From an uncultured Alphaproteobacteria bacterium (GTDB lineage: Bacteria; Pseudomonadota; Alphaproteobacteria; Rhizobiales; Beijerinckiaceae), in assembly GCA_937871825.1 (NCBI GenBank), contig CALMOK010000073.1, forward strand, positions 1 to 45,795: a DNA stretch of 45,795 nt. Direction: 5' to 3'. Below the pieces are notes generated by a model that was not told where the DNA came from, ran no database searches, and saw only the letters and a program-made list of their open reading frames with translations. A program made the position numbers and the translations under genes. Positions 7,563 to 16,430 of the stretch are shown here, piece after piece. The first letter of the stretch is position 1. Each line of letters opens with the position of its first letter.

Positions 7563-8599
7563 TTGGCAAATTTGATTGGCGGTTTTACACGTATCTAAAG
7601 CAGAACCGCTGATCCATAATCAGGCTCAGCATCTTTACTGATGATTTTAGGCCAAGCTCGCCGACCGGAAGGTTTTTATGAAACCGTTTAGCCGTCGACC
7701 AATGACAAAGGGTGTGATCAATACCCTTTGATGTGAAAGCGCAATCTGATTGAGAATTCGGGGGGAGACTGAGCAAGCCATCCACAAGTTGGAGCAAGAC
7801 TTCTTGATCGCCTATAAAAATATCCCCCCAATTAAACAAAATAGATTTTTATTGGCTCGCCTGTCTAGATCCTTTTCTTTTGAGAATTGATTCAGTATCC
7901 CCTTTCATCTTTTCTGCTAAGAGTTTTACAGCTACCGCAAATCGATTAGCCTGATCTATCGTAAAATTTATCGAATCATTATGAGCATCACTATTCACTA
8001 GGCGCATACTCTGAATTGCGTTTCTATTCGCATCACTCAACATTCCTGGACTGAAGAGCTGGCCTTCTATAACGCGTGAGGTAGGTCCAGTAATACCTTT
8101 AGCTGCAACGAACCGTGCAATCTCATCATTAATTTGGCTCCAAGACTGAATGATGAGATCACGAGGTGAGCCACGCCTGTTTTTTTTGTCCGAAAACCAT
8201 GATTTAGCTAGCTTTTCTTCTTTCGCCAGAAGGAATTCAGATTCTTGAGCAACAACTAGCGTTTTCTCAGTTACATCCGCTATTACTGCCTCTGTGGCCT
8301 CTAATTCAACCAGCCCAGGCGCTGATAAGCGTTTCAGTCTGGCCATAAAAGTTGAAAGCGGTTGTCGAAGTATCAGAACAATTCCGAAAACTACGAATGG
8401 CCAAGCGAAAGGTACTAATGCTTTCAACGTTGCAATTACATATCCAAAACCTTCAATATGGTCGGAGCCGCTTTCCCCTATCGTAAGTTGCAACATCCCG
8501 CAGAGCCTTCTCTACTTCCAAGGCGGACCAATCCATAAAAGAGGCCGTAAGGTCAAGCAGGTGTTCTAATACACCCAGCATCTAAGTGACTAGAATGCT
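7563..8599. mobile_element. AT-rich horizontally acquired islet at the 3' end of tRNA-Arg(TCT); no integrase, likely a remnant
   Basis: GC drops abruptly right after the stop at 7562 and stays low up to the tRNA CCA end at 8600. AT-ending codons; no att duplication found. Confidence 0.6.
7849..8496 (-). CDS. Hypothetical protein: N-terminal TM anchor plus helical C-terminal HEPN/DUF4145-like domain
   Basis: 215 aa open frame in AT-rich DNA. TM segment LVPFAWPFVVFGIVLIL, then SPRDLIIQSW...GML...IQSMRLVNSDAH...ANRF. Confidence 0.7.
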   Translation of the reverse strand: MLQLTIGESGSDHIEGFGYVIATLKALVPFAWPFVVFGIVLILRQPLSTFMARLKRLSAPGLVELEATEAVIADVTEKTLVVAQESEFLLAKEEKLAKSWFSDKKNRRGSPRDLIIQSWSQINDEIARFVAAKGITGPTSRVIEGQLFSPGMLSDANRNAIQSMRLVNSDAHNDSINFTIDQANRFAVAVKLLAEKMKGDTESILKRKGSRQASQ

Positions 8600-8676
8600 T
8601 GGCGACTCCGGCTGGATTCGAACCAGCGGCCTGCCGCTTAGAAGGCGGCTGCTCTATCCAACTGAGCTACGGAGCC
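8600..8676 (-). tRNA. tRNA-Arg (anticodon TCT)
   Basis: GGCTCCGTAGCTCAGTTGGATAGAGCAGCCGCCTTCTAAGCGGCAGGCCGCTGGTTCGAATCCAGCCGGAGTCGCCA: 77 nt cloverleaf with encoded CCA. Confidence 0.97.
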
Positions 8677-8718
8677 GGGTCGTTCAGTCCTTGAACGATA
8701 ACGCGGGATCCCGAAAGA

Positions 8719-9027
8719 TCAGTGGGTCCATTGGCCGAGGCGAGTCGATTTGAAATTGTCAGAGTAGGACAGCCCGGCGCGCTGAACGTCCGGCGCGGGC
8801 TCTTCGACCTGATAGACGATGCCTTTCTTTTCCGCGAAGGCGATAGCTTCCTCCTTGGTGTCGAACGAGAGCTGGACCTGGCTGCTGGTATCGTCCGTGC
8901 TGGTCCACCCCATCAAAGGCTCGATTTCGCGCGACCCGTTAGATCGTAGGTCGAGACGCCAAGCCTTCGTCTTGCCCCGACCGGCCTGGGTCGCGCCCTT
9001 GGCGGGACGGTAGATCACTGCGGTCAT
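8719..9027 (-). CDS. ETC complex I subunit family (NDUFS4-like) protein
   Basis: IYRPAK.ATQAGR, EPLMGWTS, L.FDTKEEAIAFAEK and YSDNF motifs. Confidence 0.9.
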   Translation of the reverse strand: MTAVIYRPAKGATQAGRGKTKAWRLDLRSNGSREIEPLMGWTSTDDTSSQVQLSFDTKEEAIAFAEKKGIVYQVEEPAPDVQRAGLSYSDNFKSTRLGQWTH

Positions 9028-9096
9028 CGTGTTGCATCCCCCATGCGGCAGACACCTGATCGCGCCCAGTGAACTGCCTGAACGACGTGAGTTGAT

Positions 9097-9173
9097 TGGT
9101 CGGGGCAGCAGGATTCGAACCTACGACCTGAAGTACCCAAAACTTCCGCGCTACCAGGCTGCGCTATACCCCG
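9097..9173 (-). tRNA. tRNA-Pro (anticodon TGG)
   Basis: CGGGGTATAGCGCAGCCTGGTAGCGCGGAAGTTTTGGGTACTTCAGGTCGTAGGTTCGAATCCTGCTGCCCCGACCA, 77 nt. Confidence 0.97.
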
Positions 9174-9290
9174 ATGCCGCTCGGCACCCGCCTCGCCGCC
9201 TTGAGCTAACATGCCGACCCCGGGCCGACAAGCGGCTCCATCCGATGATCGATCTCGAGGCTTTCCGGCGCGCATGGCACCAACCTCGTC

Positions 9291-9773
9291 CTACTTCGGA
9301 AACATGGCGCTGTGGACCGCGTCACCCGCCTTGATGCCGAATTTCGCCGCCGTGCCGCCGTTGACCTCTAAAACGCCGAGCGCTTCGCCACGCGACGAGA
9401 TGATGCGCTCCGACAAGGGCACGGCGTTTTCGGCGACGCTGATCACGATCCCATCCTGGCCGATGAAGATCATGTCGAGCGGGATATAGGTGTTCTTCAT
9501 CCACATGCTGACGGGTTGCGGCGCCTTGAAGTCAAACAACATGCCCTGGTCGTCGGGCAGGTGGCGACGGTTCATCAAGCCATGCTCGCGCTCCGGCTCG
9601 GTCCGCATCACCTCGACGGAGAACCTGTGAGGCCCACTCGCCGACACGATGTCGAGCGGTTCGAACTTGGATTGGGAGGCGGCCTGGGCCGCCGTGCCGA
9701 GCACGACGAGGGCCGCGAGGGCCGCTGTGGATCGGAAATTCGAAAGGTGTGACGAGGCCATTGGTTCGCTCAC
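9291..9773 (-). CDS. DUF192 family exported protein
   Basis: Signal peptide, GLMNR, GMLFDF, MWMKNTYIPLDMIFI and VLEVNGG. Confidence 0.9.
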   Translation of the reverse strand: MSEPMASSHLSNFRSTAALAALVVLGTAAQAASQSKFEPLDIVSASGPHRFSVEVMRTEPEREHGLMNRRHLPDDQGMLFDFKAPQPVSMWMKNTYIPLDMIFIGQDGIVISVAENAVPLSERIISSRGEALGVLEVNGGTAAKFGIKAGDAVHSAMFPK

Positions 9774-9842
9774 GGCTTGATCGTTCGGCGCGATCTAACC
9801 CGATCGCGTTCCTTTGTTAAGAGCCGATCCGTCGCGCCACAC

Positions 9843-10436
9843 TTAATGGGAGGCCGCCACCGACCCGTCGAGCGGCCTGACCTCGGCGGCCATCAACCCT
9901 TTCGGCCCGTCCCCGAACCGCACCAGGAAGCCGTCGCCGGGCTTGATTTCAGTGATGCCGTGGCGCCGCAGCGTTTCCATGTGGACAAAGATGTCCTCGG
10001 TGCCATCGCCCCGCGACAGGAAACCGAACCCACGGATGCGGTTGAACCATTTGCAGATGGCGATCTCGAAGCCGCCGGCCGGCACGACCTGCTGATGGGT
10101 GCGGAGCGCTCCCATTTCGGTCGGGTGAACGGCGGTCGACAGGTCCAGCGACAGCACGCGGAACACCTGCAGGCCTTTCGGCCGCTCGAACGCCTCGCAA
10201 ACTACCCGCGCCCCTTCTCGAACGGTGGCGTGCCCGTCCCGTCGCAGCGTCGTCACGTGCAGGAGTATGTCGGACCCGCCGCCATCGGGAACGATGAAGC
10301 CGTAACCCTTGGCGACGTCGAACCACTTGATGCGGCCCGCGACCTGGATGAGGTCGAGGTCGTCCGGCGCGATGGTGTCGGTTGCGTTGGAAGTGGAAGC
10401 CTCGCTTGCAAGGTGTTTGCCGACCAACGGACCCAT
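9843..10436 (-). CDS. Tandem cold-shock domain protein
   Basis: Two CSDs: KWFDVAKGYGFI...DILLH and KWFNRIRGFGFL...DIFVH. Start taken at MGPLVG. Confidence 0.9.
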   Translation of the reverse strand: MGPLVGKHLASEASTSNATDTIAPDDLDLIQVAGRIKWFDVAKGYGFIVPDGGGSDILLHVTTLRRDGHATVREGARVVCEAFERPKGLQVFRVLSLDLSTAVHPTEMGALRTHQQVVPAGGFEIAICKWFNRIRGFGFLSRGDGTEDIFVHMETLRRHGITEIKPGDGFLVRFGDGPKGLMAAEVRPLDGSVAASH

Positions 10437-10608
10437 CCCAATCAGGCGCAAAACAGCTCGGCCGACGGTGCCCGGTCGATCCGCCACCCGGCCGATCGTT
10501 ACGAATCAAACGACCATCGCCCCGGCTCGACCATACCATCCAGCCCGACGCGACAAAGTCGAAAACCGGCGCGGGTCGGCGTAGCCCGCGAGTGTTGCAA
10601 GGGGGCGA

Positions 10609-11358
10609 CTATCGGATGGCGCACCAAGGTTGCAGCGCTTCCCCAACGTCACCTCGCACCACGAGGTCGGCCTCCTCGTCGAGCCGCGTCGGCTCCCGGT
10701 TGACGATGACGAGCGCGGCCCCTTTCGCCCGCGCGAGCAACGGCAGGCTCGCGGCCGGCTGGACCACAAGGGACGACCCCAACACCAGGAAGAGGTCGCA
10801 GCGGCACGCCGCGTCGCGTGCGGCCCGCACGTCGGCAGGATCGAGCGGCTGACCGAAGGCCACCGTCGCTGATTTCACCATCCCTCCGCAGGCGGCACAT
10901 TCGGGCGCGAGACCCGTGGCGTCGAACCTCGCCCGGATGCCGTCCAACTCGTGCCTTTGGCCACACTGGAGGCAGCGCGCGTAGGTGCCGTTGCCGTGCA
11001 GTTCCACGAGCTTGGCGACGGGCAAACCCGCCGCCTGATGCAGGCCGTCGATGTTTTGGGTGATGACGGTGTCCAACCGCCCGTTCTGCGCGAGGTCGCG
11101 TAAAGCATGGTGGACCCGCCCGGGACGCGCGCCGGCGTAAAGATCGTCCATCGCGAACTTGCGCCGCCAAGCCTCGACACGCTGCGCGGCGTCGGACACG
11201 AAGGCCTGAAAGCCGATCGGTGGATAGCGGAGCCAGGGGCTGCCCGGAGAGCGGAAATCCGGGACGCCGCATTCGGTCGAAACACCGGCACCCGTGAAAG
11301 CCACGAGGTGGCGCGCACCGTCGATCAAAGCCGCCAGTCGGCCCGCGGTTTCATCCAT
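10609..11358 (-). CDS. cobB: Sir2-family NAD-dependent protein deacylase
   Basis: TGAGVSTECGVPDFRS, TQNIDGLH, ELHG, CxxC..CxxC zinc motif, GSSLVVQPA and VNREPT. Confidence 0.88.
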   Translation of the reverse strand: MDETAGRLAALIDGARHLVAFTGAGVSTECGVPDFRSPGSPWLRYPPIGFQAFVSDAAQRVEAWRRKFAMDDLYAGARPGRVHHALRDLAQNGRLDTVITQNIDGLHQAAGLPVAKLVELHGNGTYARCLQCGQRHELDGIRARFDATGLAPECAACGGMVKSATVAFGQPLDPADVRAARDAACRCDLFLVLGSSLVVQPAASLPLLARAKGAALVIVNREPTRLDEEADLVVRGDVGEALQPWCAIR

Positions 11359-11415
11359 CGCTGCGCCCCGCCAAGATCGGAGGCCTTGGCGGCGCGAGGC
11401 GGAAGGCCTTGCCCG

Positions 11416-12633
11416 TCAAGCCTGCTTTTTAAGCTGGACCACATTGTGGAGAATGGTGTCGGCGGTGTCGAAGAAGCGACGGATACCGCGGGCGGCTTGG
11501 CGGATCCGCTGCTCGTTTTCCACTAGGGCCAAGCGCACGAAGCCGTCGCCATGTTCGCCGAACCCGATGCCGGGCGCCACCGCGACGTCGGCCTTCTCGA
11601 TCAGCAGTTTGGAGAATTCGAGGCTGCCCAGGTGCTGGAATTTGTCCGGGATCGGCACCCAGGCGAACATGGAGGCGGCTGGCGCCGGCACCGACCATCC
11701 GGCGGCCTCGAAGCATTCCACCATCACGTCGCGGCGCTGCCGGTAGATGTCGCGCATCTCGACGATGCAGTCGTCCGGCCCGTTGAGGGCCGCGGCCGCC
11801 GCGACCTGGATGGGCGTATAGGCCCCATAATCGAGATAGCTCTTGACCCGGGTGAGGGCGGCCAGAAGCCGCTCGTTGCCGACCGCGAAACCGATGCGCC
11901 AGCCCGGCATCGAATAGGTCTTCGACATGGAGGTGAATTCCACCGCGACGTCGAACGCACCCGGCACTTGGAGCACGGATGGCGGAGGCTCACCCTCGAA
12001 GTAGACTTCCGAGTAGGCGAGGTCCGACAGAACGAAGATCTCGTGCTTCTTGGCGAAGGCCACGAGGTCCCGGTAGAAATCGAGCGAAGCCACCATGGCG
12101 GTGGGATTCGACGGGTAGCAGACCACCACGGCGATCGGCTTCGGGATGGAATGCACGACCGCCCGCTCGAGCGCGGTGAAGAAGCTCGGCGTCGGTTCGG
12201 CGGGAACGGAGCGGATCACGCCGCCCGCCATCAGGAAGCCGAACGCATGGATCGGGTAGGACGGATTGGGCACCAGCACCACGTCGCCGGGCGCCGTGAT
12301 GGCCTGGGCCATGTTGGCGAACCCTTCCTTCGAGCCAAGGGTGGCCACCACCTGGGTTTCGGGGTTGAGCTTGACGCCGAACCGGCGGGCGTAATAGGCG
12401 GCCTGCGCGCGCCGCAGCCCGGCGATGCCTTTGGACGAGGAATACCGGTCGGTTCGCGGCTTGCCGACCGTTTCGACCAGCTTGTCGATGACGTGTTTGG
12501 GGGCGGGAAGGTCAGGGTTGCCCATACCGAGATCAATGATGTCGGCGCCGGCGTTCCGTGCGGCGGCCTTCAAGCGGTTGACCTGCTCGAAGACGTAGGG
12601 CGGCAGCCGGCGGACGCGGTGGAAATCGGTCAT
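11416..12633 (-). CDS. alaC: Class I/II PLP aminotransferase (AlaC/YfdZ, often annotated LL-diaminopimelate aminotransferase)
   Basis: RLPPYVF, DLGMGNPD, GSKEG, SNPT, DLAY and SMSKTYSMPGWRIGF. Confidence 0.85.
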   Translation of the reverse strand: MTDFHRVRRLPPYVFEQVNRLKAAARNAGADIIDLGMGNPDLPAPKHVIDKLVETVGKPRTDRYSSSKGIAGLRRAQAAYYARRFGVKLNPETQVVATLGSKEGFANMAQAITAPGDVVLVPNPSYPIHAFGFLMAGGVIRSVPAEPTPSFFTALERAVVHSIPKPIAVVVCYPSNPTAMVASLDFYRDLVAFAKKHEIFVLSDLAYSEVYFEGEPPPSVLQVPGAFDVAVEFTSMSKTYSMPGWRIGFAVGNERLLAALTRVKSYLDYGAYTPIQVAAAAALNGPDDCIVEMRDIYRQRRDVMVECFEAAGWSVPAPAASMFAWVPIPDKFQHLGSLEFSKLLIEKADVAVAPGIGFGEHGDGFVRLALVENEQRIRQAARGIRRFFDTADTILHNVVQLKKQA

Positions 12634-12711
12634 GACCTTGCGGGTCCTGCGGGTTGGTGAAAGGGCGCGACGCGAGCCGTCGACGCCCGTCCAATTCTTT
12701 CTTGTAGATGG

Positions 12712-13143
12712 TTAACGATCCGTGTGTGAAGTCTTGACGCGTGTCTTTTTCACCTTGTCGGGAACCACGGCGGGCTTCAAACCCGCCTTGCGTTGCGCCG
12801 CCGCGCGCGTGGTGTCGAGGTCGGCCGTCATGGCGGCGACCTCGGCCGGCGTCATGACCTTGACGGCTCGGTCCGGATGCCACTTGCCGACCGGCACATA
12901 GTTCAACTTGTCGGGGTCGGGTCGGCTGCGGACGACGAAATCGGGCGCCGGCGCGACCTTCGGCTTGAGGTCGAGCGCGTGAAGGACATCGTCGAGACCG
13001 TCCGAGGGAGGCGCTGGAGGTGATTGCGCGGCCGCGACACCCGGTAAAACGGCAAGCGCAAGCAGGCCGGCGAGCATCACCGTGCGACCGGCAGTGCGGC
13101 GCCATCCCGAACCATCTCCCCTGATGACGCTGCCGGCAGCCAT
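12712..13143 (-). CDS. Hypothetical exported protein
   Basis: Hydrophobic signal ending AAA-Q, then PDFVVRSRP...YVPVG...TPAEVAAM and a Lys-rich tail. Start codon uncertain. Confidence 0.65.
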   Translation of the reverse strand: MAAGSVIRGDGSGWRRTAGRTVMLAGLLALAVLPGVAAAQSPPAPPSDGLDDVLHALDLKPKVAPAPDFVVRSRPDPDKLNYVPVGKWHPDRAVKVMTPAEVAAMTADLDTTRAAAQRKAGLKPAVVPDKVKKTRVKTSHTDR

Positions 13144-13286
13144 GACTGGTATTCTCCGCGTGGTGGACTTATTTCGAAGCCAAGCCCGAGGGCTCCGAAC
13201 AGGCGCGCGATGGACTGCCTCATAGGCCGCAATCCACGCGGCGGCAACCAGGTGGTCAAGCGTTCAAAACCGCCGGAGACAACACG

Positions 13287-15446
13287 ATGAGCGGCGGAAA
13301 GAAGAGCAAGCTCAAGCACGCGCGACGATCCGATGGAAAGCCTGTCGGCGAGGCGACGGTTGCGCCAGGTCCGCCCATCGTAGGCGAAGGGAAAGCGGCC
13401 GATCCTGGTCGCGTCCGAAGCCGGGCCAAGGCGACGCCGCGCGGTTCGAAATCCTCGAGCATCGACGGTCGGGCGGGCGACCTTACCGCTGCCCCGTCAC
13501 TGGGCGAGGCGGCGCTGACCCATGCGATTGAGGCTGTCCTGCATCCGTGGTCGGCTCGCGATGGGGCGCTTCCCACCGGGATCGGCAGAACACAACCTCA
13601 TGATGAGGTCGCATCCGGAGGCACGTCGGGCACCGCCGAGATTCCGGCCCGCGTCGCCCCCCAAGCCCCGTCGGACCCGACCGACAACATCGAGGCGTGG
13701 ACCGGCAACGTCGGTGCTTTCATCGAGCAGGCCGGAAAAGCCGCCGCGGTTTACCTGCAGGCACGCGAGCCCACCCCCAAGCCTTTTGGCGGCGACTTAA
13801 GCGAAGCTTTCAAGGCTTTGATGCAGGTCGCCGATTATTGGCTGGAGCCGTCCCGCCTCATACAGGCCCAAACCCGCCTGTCATCGCAGTTCCTCGAGCT
13901 TTGGGCGGGTAGCCTGCATCGTTTCGGGGCCGGCCAACGGGGTGAGGCGACCAGGGCCGAACCCCTGCAACCACATGACCGGCGCTTCACCGACGCCGAA
14001 TGGTTTGAAAACCCGTTCTTTGACTTCGTGCGGCGGTCTTATCTTCTAGGGACCGACTGGGCCAACGAGATCGTGGCGCGGGCCGAGGACATCGACGAGC
14101 CGACGCGCGAAAAGGCCGGCTTCTACCTGCGTCAGCTTTCAAGCGCCCTGTCGCCGACCAACTTCGTCGTCACCAATCCGGAGGTCTTGCGCGACACCAT
14201 CCGGGAGAACGGTGGCAACCTGGTGCGCGGCATGGCCAAGCTGGCGGAGGACCTTGCGGCGGGTGAGGGACATCTCCGCATCCGGCAAACCGACAGCAGC
14301 GCCTTTCACCTCGGCGTCAACGTGGCGATGACGCCCGGCAAGGTGGTTTGGCGCAACGCGTTGATGGAACTCCTGCAATATGCGCCGTCCACGCCGTCGG
14401 TTCTGAAACGCCCGCTGCTGATCGTGCCGCCTTGGATCAACAAATTCTACATCCTCGACCTTAACCCCGAAAAATCCTTCGTCCGATGGGCCGTGTCCCA
14501 GGGATTGACCGTTTTCGTGGTGTCCTGGGTCAACCCGGATGGGCGCCACCGGGACAAGGACTTCGAAGCCTATATGCGGGAAGGCGTCTTCGAAGCGCTC
14601 GACGCCGTGGAGGCCGCGACGGGCGAGACGGACGTCGCGACGATCGGCTATTGCGTCGGTGGAACCCTGCTGGCCATGGCGCTCGCCGAAATGGCGGCGC
14701 GCGGCGAAACCCGGGTTTCGAGCGCGACCTTCTTCACCACCCAGGTCGACTTCGCCCATGCCGGCGACCTCAAGGTGTTCGCCGACGAAGCGCAGATCGA
14801 GGCGATCGAAGCCGAGATGCGTGAACCGGGCTACCTCAAAGGCTCCGCCATGGCGCAGGCCTTCAACATGCTGCGACCGGAAGACCTCATCTGGTCTCCC
14901 GTCGTCGACACCTATCTGAAAGGCAAGGATCCCCTGCCCTTCGACCTGCTGGCCTGGAACGCCGACGCCACGCGGATGCCGGCCGCCAACCATTCCTTCT
15001 ATCTGCGGGGATGCTACCTCAACAACGCGTTGAGCCGGGGCCTGATGGAGATCGGCGGTGTCAGGCTGGACCTCGGCGCCATGCGGACGCCGGTCTACAT
15101 GCTGGCCTGCCGCGAGGACCATATCGCGCCCGCCCGCTCGGTGTTCGAAGGCGCCAAGCTGTTTGGCGGGCCAATGCGCTACGTGCTGGCCGGATCGGGT
15201 CACATCGCGGGCGTGGTCAACCCGCCGTCCCGCGCCAAATACGGCTACCGTTCCGGCCCGCCCGCCGAAGGCGATTTCGTCGCCTGGGTGGAGAAGGCCA
15301 GCCAGCATCCAGGAACGTGGTGGCCGGATTGGTTCGCCTGGATCTCCGCCCAGGCACCAGAAACCGTGCCGGCGCGGGAGCCCGGCGGAAGCGCGCTCAA
15401 AACGCTGGGCGACGCGCCTGGCGACTATGTCCGGGTCAAGTCCTAG
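13287..15446 (+). CDS. phaC: Class I poly(3-hydroxyalkanoate) synthase
   Basis: DRRF, LSPTNF, TPGKVV, PPWINKFYILDL, lipase box GYCVGG, EDHIAP, SGHIAG and APGDYV. Confidence 0.95.
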   Translation: MSGGKKSKLKHARRSDGKPVGEATVAPGPPIVGEGKAADPGRVRSRAKATPRGSKSSSIDGRAGDLTAAPSLGEAALTHAIEAVLHPWSARDGALPTGIGRTQPHDEVASGGTSGTAEIPARVAPQAPSDPTDNIEAWTGNVGAFIEQAGKAAAVYLQAREPTPKPFGGDLSEAFKALMQVADYWLEPSRLIQAQTRLSSQFLELWAGSLHRFGAGQRGEATRAEPLQPHDRRFTDAEWFENPFFDFVRRSYLLGTDWANEIVARAEDIDEPTREKAGFYLRQLSSALSPTNFVVTNPEVLRDTIRENGGNLVRGMAKLAEDLAAGEGHLRIRQTDSSAFHLGVNVAMTPGKVVWRNALMELLQYAPSTPSVLKRPLLIVPPWINKFYILDLNPEKSFVRWAVSQGLTVFVVSWVNPDGRHRDKDFEAYMREGVFEALDAVEAATGETDVATIGYCVGGTLLAMALAEMAARGETRVSSATFFTTQVDFAHAGDLKVFADEAQIEAIEAEMREPGYLKGSAMAQAFNMLRPEDLIWSPVVDTYLKGKDPLPFDLLAWNADATRMPAANHSFYLRGCYLNNALSRGLMEIGGVRLDLGAMRTPVYMLACREDHIAPARSVFEGAKLFGGPMRYVLAGSGHIAGVVNPPSRAKYGYRSGPPAEGDFVAWVEKASQHPGTWWPDWFAWISAQAPETVPAREPGGSALKTLGDAPGDYVRVKS

Positions 15447-15546
15447 ATCGGCTTTGTTCGTCCCTAGAGGGTTTAGTTGCGCTTGCGCCCGGTCCGCCTC
15501 CCCAGCATAGTTGGCGCGACAGCCAAACTCGAACCACGGTGCACGA

Positions 15547-16404
15547 ATGAAACTTGTCCGCTTTGGCGATGCTGGACGCGAAAAACCGGGCCTTTACCAG
15601 GGGCCCGGGCAGGTTCGCGACTTGTCCGGCCTCGTTCCCGATCTGTCGGGCGAGGGCTTGTCGCCGGCTTCGCTGGCGCGGATCGCGGCCGCGGATCCTG
15701 GCAGGTTGCCACTCGTCGAGGGCGAGCCACGGCTCGGGTCGCCAGTCGGACGGCCCGGCAATTTCATCGCCGTCGGTCTCAACTATGCCGACCACGCGGC
15801 CGAAACCGGCGCTGCCATCCCCAAAGAGCCGATCCTGTTCAACAAAGCCCCAAACTGCGTTGTCGGCCCGAACGACGATGTGATGCTGCCGCGCGGCTCC
15901 ACGAAACTCGACTGGGAGGTCGAGATCGCGATCGTGATCGGCACGCGGGCGAGCTACATCGCCGAAGCTGACGTCATGGGTCTAGTCGCGGGCTTTACGC
16001 TCTGCAACGACGTGTCGGAACGCGAATACCAGGCCGAGCGCGGTGGCCAGTGGATGAAAGGCAAGAGCGCCCCCACTTTCGGTCCGCTCGGCCCATGGCT
16101 GGTGACCCCTGACGAGATCGCCGACGTGCAGAACCTCGCGATGTTCCTCGACCTCAACGGCGCCCGGATGCAGACGGGCAACACCGCCACGATGATCTTC
16201 GACGTCCGGAAGATCGTATCCTACATCTCGCACTTCATGACGCTGGACCCCGGAGATGTGATCACAACGGGAACCCCGCCGGGCGTCGGCCTTGGCATGA
16301 AGCCGCCCCTTTACCTGAAGGCGGGCGACACGATGGTTCTCGGTGTCGAGGGGCTGGGCGAGCAGCGGCAGCGCGTGGTTCCCTGGTCCAAGCCCGGGCA
16401 TTAG
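15547..16404 (+). CDS. Fumarylacetoacetate hydrolase family protein
   Basis: MKLVRFG, VGLNYADH, DWEVE, NDVSER, KGKS..TFGP and GDVITTGTP.GVG. Confidence 0.9.
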   Translation: MKLVRFGDAGREKPGLYQGPGQVRDLSGLVPDLSGEGLSPASLARIAAADPGRLPLVEGEPRLGSPVGRPGNFIAVGLNYADHAAETGAAIPKEPILFNKAPNCVVGPNDDVMLPRGSTKLDWEVEIAIVIGTRASYIAEADVMGLVAGFTLCNDVSEREYQAERGGQWMKGKSAPTFGPLGPWLVTPDEIADVQNLAMFLDLNGARMQTGNTATMIFDVRKIVSYISHFMTLDPGDVITTGTPPGVGLGMKPPLYLKAGDTMVLGVEGLGEQRQRVVPWSKPGH

Positions 16405-16430
16405 CCCCGGCCGTCGCCGCCGGTTCAGTC

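Noticed and set aside
7561-7582. GATTGGC direct repeat / TTGGCG as the distal att site of the tRNA-Arg islet
   Set aside because: Only about 6 nt match the tRNA 3' end, too short to call an att duplication.
7585-7839. 84 aa minus-strand ORF as a confident CDS
   Set aside because: TTG start without an RBS, no motifs, and a competing interrupted frame on the + strand. Kept only as an open question in the findings.
10609-11358. Sir2 protein as an anti-phage (Thoeris/DSR-type) effector
   Set aside because: It is a stand-alone, zinc-finger-containing CobB-type sirtuin with host GC content in a housekeeping neighbourhood.
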